Assembly: GCA_013239625.1 (NCBI GenBank)
Contig: MU054400.1
Coordinates: 3,136,282 to 3,200,281 of the forward strand
Source of the DNA: Lama guanicoe
Taxonomy: Eukaryota
DNA: 64,000 bases
Reading direction: 5' to 3'
A model generated the notes under the pieces. That model was not told the DNA's origin. It did not search any database and saw nothing but the letters and a program-made list of their open reading frames with translations. The translations under genes and the position numbers were made by a program. This document shows, in pieces, positions 58,946-64,000 of the stretch. Position 1 is the first letter of the stretch. The number at the start of each line of letters is the position of its first letter.

Positions 58946-61759
58946 AACCCCTCGTTTGTTACCTGGGAAGAAGCGAGTCATACATGGAGACCTCCTTGAG
59001 TAGCTCACGTACAAGGGAAGATAGACAAGGAAACCACTAACTATATGCAACCCAGAAAGCTGAGCTACAAGCATGGAGTAGGGAGCAATTCCTTCTAGTA
59101 ATGGCAATCAGAGGAGGTGACATTTGCATGGCAAAGATGTCTAGAAAATTGATCAAATATGGCTCAAAGCCAGCTATCATATCAGTACTTAGATCTGGTA
59201 CATTTCAGAACCAAGCAATAGGCATTTTAAAATATCTCTTGGTTTAACCATTCTAATCTTGTCATCATTATCCATCCACTAGCTGCCAAAAAGGACAACG
59301 GGTTATTTCCCCATCAGTCAAAAAGGACTACCCTCAGTGAACTGCCTGTAGCCTTATGCTGGTGATGTGTGTGCTCCAAGATAGAAAAGAACCCTGCTGG
59401 TCAATTTTAAGGGCTCAGTCTAGGTCTCTGACTATTTTGACCAACTGGACAGGTCTAGACTTAGAAGCGAAGTTGTGAATCACATGAAATGTGGCCAACC
59501 AGACAGTATCTTCATGCTGCAAAGATTGGGGAGATGCTCAGTGACCAAGGGAGGAACCAAACATGATCTGTTAACCACTGGAGGAGAGGGCTTTTCTGAA
59601 GCTACATGCAGAAGCACTGTTCTGTCTGGCATTTCTTAGTCACCACTAGCTCCCAAGCCCACCAAGTGTTAATATCTGAATTAATGATTTTTATGCACAA
59701 GGGTCCTCACTGTACTCTGGATGCTGACCTGGAGCCGCAGGTAGCAGACGGACCCACAGTCACGTGACTTAGCTAGCGTTGATGGTGGGCTCCAAATGGG
59801 AGACTCAGTCTCCTGTGCTGTCTCTCAGAGAGTATCTGAAGTGCACAAGTGTGCTCTCTCTACGTTAGCCCTGGGGTCACCGGCAGCACGGTGTATGCCA
59901 GTTTCCTCTAAGGTGGGGAAGGCTACCATATCCCTATTGGAAATACTTCGACCCTCCTAGGACCAGCATCAGTGACTACCTTGGGATAATACAGATACAG
60001 GGCTCAGTGGGCAGAGCTATGGGTCAGAAATCCAAAGAAGCACTTTGCTCTTTTCTTGGTTGCCAACTCCTCCGAAGTCTCCTCCTCACAAGCCTGCTCC
60101 TTCTCCTCTGACACACACCAGGGGGGAACCCAAGAGTCTGATCGGTAGGGTTTGCTTCATTCCTGGAATCTTCAGTCAAGGTCATAAGCCATTTCCACTG
60201 GTCAGTTTTGCAGTAAGATCGATTTCTAAATATTGACTACTTGGAACCTCAATGGAAACCTCTACTATGTGGAACTAGTATCACCTGACTTGAAAATCAA
60301 GTTCGTTATTTATTTTGAAGTGCCTAATTTTCTGTCAGTGAAAAGAAAAACACAGAGGAAGAACACCGTTCTTATCGCCAAGGAGATCCGATAAGGGGAG
60401 TGTAAGTGTGCAACGAGATGAAGTGAGTGGGTACTCAGGCTTCTGGAAGTCAGAGGTTCTCTCTAAACACTGGAAGTCACTGACTTGAGCTGATTTTTTT
60501 TTCCTGCCATGAAAGTTTGAATGATATTCATTTTTACCCAAGTCAAATGATTTTGACCTTGCCAATGAGTGCCAAAAATGCATCCATCCAAAAAATGACT
60601 TTTTAGAAGCCAGCTAGCTTTACAATATTAGACAGCAATTCACAATTGCTCTGAGTTAGGAGACCCTGCTGTATTTCAAAAAATGAAATAATGTGTCTCC
60701 AGAATTTAAAGGATGAAATCGTAAGAAATATCTTCATGAGCTGTTAGCACATAATACTTGAAATGGAGAATTTAAAGGGAGACTTTCTAAGAAATACTTT
60801 CATGTGCTTTTAACACAAAATATTAAGAGCTATTACATTCTGGCGTCGGTAATGCCAGTGACCTTGCAAAACGGAAAAAGGCATCAGATAAACTGCAACA
60901 GTGAATTCCTCTTGTAGGATCATCTCCAAGTAATTTAGACTCCAGGAAGCTTCAAAGACAAGCGCTGAAATCTTGGTTTACACTGCACCAAGCAAAATTT
61001 GGAGGGTGTGAGAAGGACATTAAGGTCTTATTTGAAAGAGAGAGAGCCTACGACTGTTTAGCCCTGTCCACCCCGTTATTTCAGGAATTTCTCTCATAAA
61101 AGTTTGACTGTAGCTCTCTTGACTTTCTCAGAATTGAAAATGACAAAAAAAAAATAGCCTCTAATTAACCAGCTACAAAGGATGATAACGGTTTTTCTTC
61201 ACCTCTGGGCATTCGCCTTGTGCTGGTCTGACACGTGTACCTCCAAGGTCATTCCACAGTCTTTTGAAACAGGAATTTGCTTGCTTCCAGTTTTTGACAT
61301 TTTTGTGTTCAAGTGGAAGAGTCCTGGGTGTGAGAGGTGAGGGACCTGGCTCCTGAGAGCCAACAGAGTCACTCCAAGGTCCTGACCCATGTGAGCGTGC
61401 CCTGGCCTGTAAACACGTCGGAATGACATTATCCTGTATTCACAAAGCCCGGCCCTGAGTGGGTCCATTATGCCTGGTCTAATGGAACTGCATTCCTCTA
61501 AGTGCTTTTTAAGTTGCCGTAGGCCGCGCAGCCAGTATCCCTTCTGGGTACCCGGCCGCTTGATGGCCATAAATAGCAAGCGAGGCCCCCTATTCCACTG
61601 AGACAGGAGGCATAAGTCCAGTCTGCCTTCTGTCCCGGTCTTGTCCATCTGTCTGCGCCTCTGTTGTTATTTATTCAACTTTCTTAAACAGGAGAGCAGA
61701 GAACAAACTAACGTCACCATCCTCCCAGCAGCTGACTCTCCATCATCTGACTATCATCA

Positions 61760-62090
61760 GTTACTCTCATCAGTTGACTACGTCCCATCCATTCACACTG
61801 TGCCAAGCAGCTCCCTGTGCTACCCTAAACCGCCCCGACCCCTAGCCCAGTGAGGCAAGTACTATTCCTGCCACCGTTTCACACTGAGGAAACCAAGGCT
61901 CAGGGAGATGGACTGACGTGCCCAAGGGTACAGAGGGAGTGCGCGTTGCGCTGTCATCAACCCCACTGGACAGAGGAGGAAGGTTACCCCTGAGACATTA
62001 AGTAGCTCGCCTGAGGTCACAGAGCTAGGAGGGGGTACAAACTGAAGCTCAAGCCAGACTCTTTGTTTCCTCTGAAGCCCAGTGCATTTT
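61760..62090 (-). mobile_element. Two tandem MIR fragments
   Basis: tttcacactgaggaaaccaaggctcagggag...gcccaagg, and gacagaggaggaagg...gcctgaggtcacagagctag. Confidence 0.65.
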
Positions 62091-63509
62091 GGCTTTGTAG
62101 ATCTTAAAGCTTGCTAGAGCTCAGAAGGACCGTTAGGACCATGTAGTCGTCACTTTACAAGTAGGGGTTTTGACCAGCTGAGATGAAACGGTCCTGAACA
62201 AGTTCTCACCGGATTTCACTTAAGTGAAAAAGCTCTCAGGACTGGAGAAGAAGTCCACGGGGGTGTGGTATCAGCGTAACAGCAGCCATCAAAATGTGAT
62301 TATGGGATAGTCCCAATTCAACTTAAAAAAATCAAAATTACCTTTATCATCTATTTGTCTTCCTTGGCCATTAATACTGTACAAAGTCACTCATTTTTCC
62401 TTTATCATGACAAGTTAATTATCTAAGATCCTCTACCTTCATTAAAATCAGCAGGCTGTTTTCAGCGAGTGACAATTAATGCGATCTTTTCCTAACTATA
62501 AATTTGTGTTTTTGTGTACGTATATGTGTGTTCACATGTGCATGTATATCCATATGCATATATCTATAGTATTTTCACACCTGGAATAAAGAATTTGTCA
62601 ATGCTCTCATTTAATTTAATTTAAACGACTTAAATTCAGACAGACAAATGCATTTAAATTCAGACACAGTGATGTCTTACATTAATAATAATAGAAGGAA
62701 TATTTAATCCAAGTGTTTGACCTGTAGATATTCTCCATAAGTATCTGTTGAATGAGTAAAATTATTTGATTAAATATAGAATTCTGATATGTAAAATGGT
62801 AACTCATTTAGCCACTGGACTTTTAGTTATGATCGGTAATACATTAATCATGTGTAAAATATCCTAAAGCTTTGATATGTTAAATGTTAAAAATATGTTA
62901 ATATGTTTAGTAAATAATAAAAATATGTTTAATATGTTAAAAATAAGTCCTGAAACACTGGAAGGAGAAAAATATTTCTAGGGAAAAAAAGAAAAAGACT
63001 TTAGATAGTCGTACTATTCTGAGGTTTAAAAACTACACGGCCTTCTCAGGAAGAAAAAGCAGGAAGCAGTCCATTTCACCAATATAAAATGAAATAGGCC
63101 AGTGGATTTGGTTCTACTATATCAGTGGTGAACTAGGAGGACATAAGAAATCCATGTCATCCAGCTGTCAGGAAGCTGCCCATGAACACATACTTAGAAC
63201 CTTACACTATTTTGGGGAGTCCTTTCAGCCCATTGGAATCTCATGTTTTCTGATTGTCTTTCTTCTAAACTTTGTGCAGAAACACAATTTCAGCGTGTTG
63301 AAAAGTTCCATCAGAGCCCAAATTTCGCTGCCTCCACTTCAACCCAACACGGAGCCCCTAGGTCCTCAGTCAGTATTGACATCTGCTGCGTCTGGGCTCC
63401 AACACAAAAGATAAAGAGGTTTATATCCAAGTCTGACAACACAACAAACCACATATGTTTTCCTGGTGGCAATTCATAAAACAAGAACCACCATGATGCA
63501 ATTGGAGAG

Positions 63510-64000
63510 CCCTGTTTACTAATGAATGCTTTTATTGTGCGGTGGATCAATTTTTAAAAAAGGCAGCATAAAAATAAATTAGCTGAGGGTATGAAGTTCT
63601 CTCTTCAAAAATACTGTTGCACAAAAGCTTTCACGTCTGCCACCCAGACCAGGGCTGGACCGCCGGGGTCTCTCCCACACTGAGTGAGTAGTTTCCACCT
63701 GGCAGAAGAGCCAGCTCCTGGGAAGAAGGCTGCTTGCACCCTCCAGTTTCAAGACTAGTTGGAGAATGCGTTTGGTGGGCTAACAGATCATATGCTTGGG
63801 CAGCCCTTGAAACAAATAGCAGTAGACCAAAAGCTGAAATGGAGCTTGCCCCATCCATGTAAAGAAAAACCTTGTCAACGGGGCACTTTGGGGCAAAGCA
63901 AATGACACTGCACCTGGAGGTACTTAGAGGAGGCAAATTTCTCCATTGCACTTTCAAGGTGGCAAGTTGGATGTTTGACAATGGCTCTGGGACATCCGTC
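63510..64000 (-). other. Probable terminal 3' UTR and polyadenylation site of an unidentified minus-strand gene extending beyond the window
   Basis: On the minus strand: U-rich/ATTTA stretch, AATAAA at 63531-63536, CA about 15-20 nt later, then GU-rich tggtggttcttgtttt; unique, repeat-free sequence. Confidence 0.5.

Noticed and set aside
61199..61648. 149-aa minus-strand ATG ORF as a coding exon
   Set aside because: No recognisable homology or strong splice context; the region is better explained as a transcription-factor motif cluster.
63631..63981. 116-aa minus-strand ORF as a last coding exon
   Set aside because: Non-ATG start and no recognisable protein in the frames I read; composition and the nearby poly(A) signal fit a 3' UTR.
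1..64000. Prokaryotic-type systems (CRISPR arrays, operons, defence islands)
   Set aside because: The sequence is mammalian repeat-rich DNA, with no regularly spaced direct repeats or gene-dense coding structure.

Overview
This is AT-rich, CpG-depleted mammalian genomic DNA, most likely camelid: it carries a tRNA-Ala-derived Vic-1-type SINE and many artiodactyl-type L1 3' ends. The window is essentially intergenic, and a large part is interspersed repeat: L1, L2, MIR, MaLR/ERVL/ERV1 LTRs, Tigger and hAT elements, including a decayed hAT transposase at about 0.5-2.0 kb. I recognised no known protein-coding exon, and nearly all listed ORFs look like chance ORFs or repeat remnants. Two non-repeat features stand out. 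(1) A GC/CpG-rich cassette at about 29.76-31.17 kb reads on the minus strand like a complete compact transcription unit: GC-box, two CCAAT boxes, CRE half-site and TATA, then a Kozak ATG opening a 176-aa ORF with a signal-peptide-like start, then AATAAA and a genome-encoded A11. It lies back-to-back with a MER41-like ERV1 LTR that ends just after its own poly(A) signal. (2) A probable mRNA 3' end of an unidentified minus-strand gene enters from the right edge (poly(A) signal at 63531-63536). Several motif-dense candidate enhancers are also present. Repeat family names come from recalled consensus similarity, not from a database run, and boundaries are approximate.
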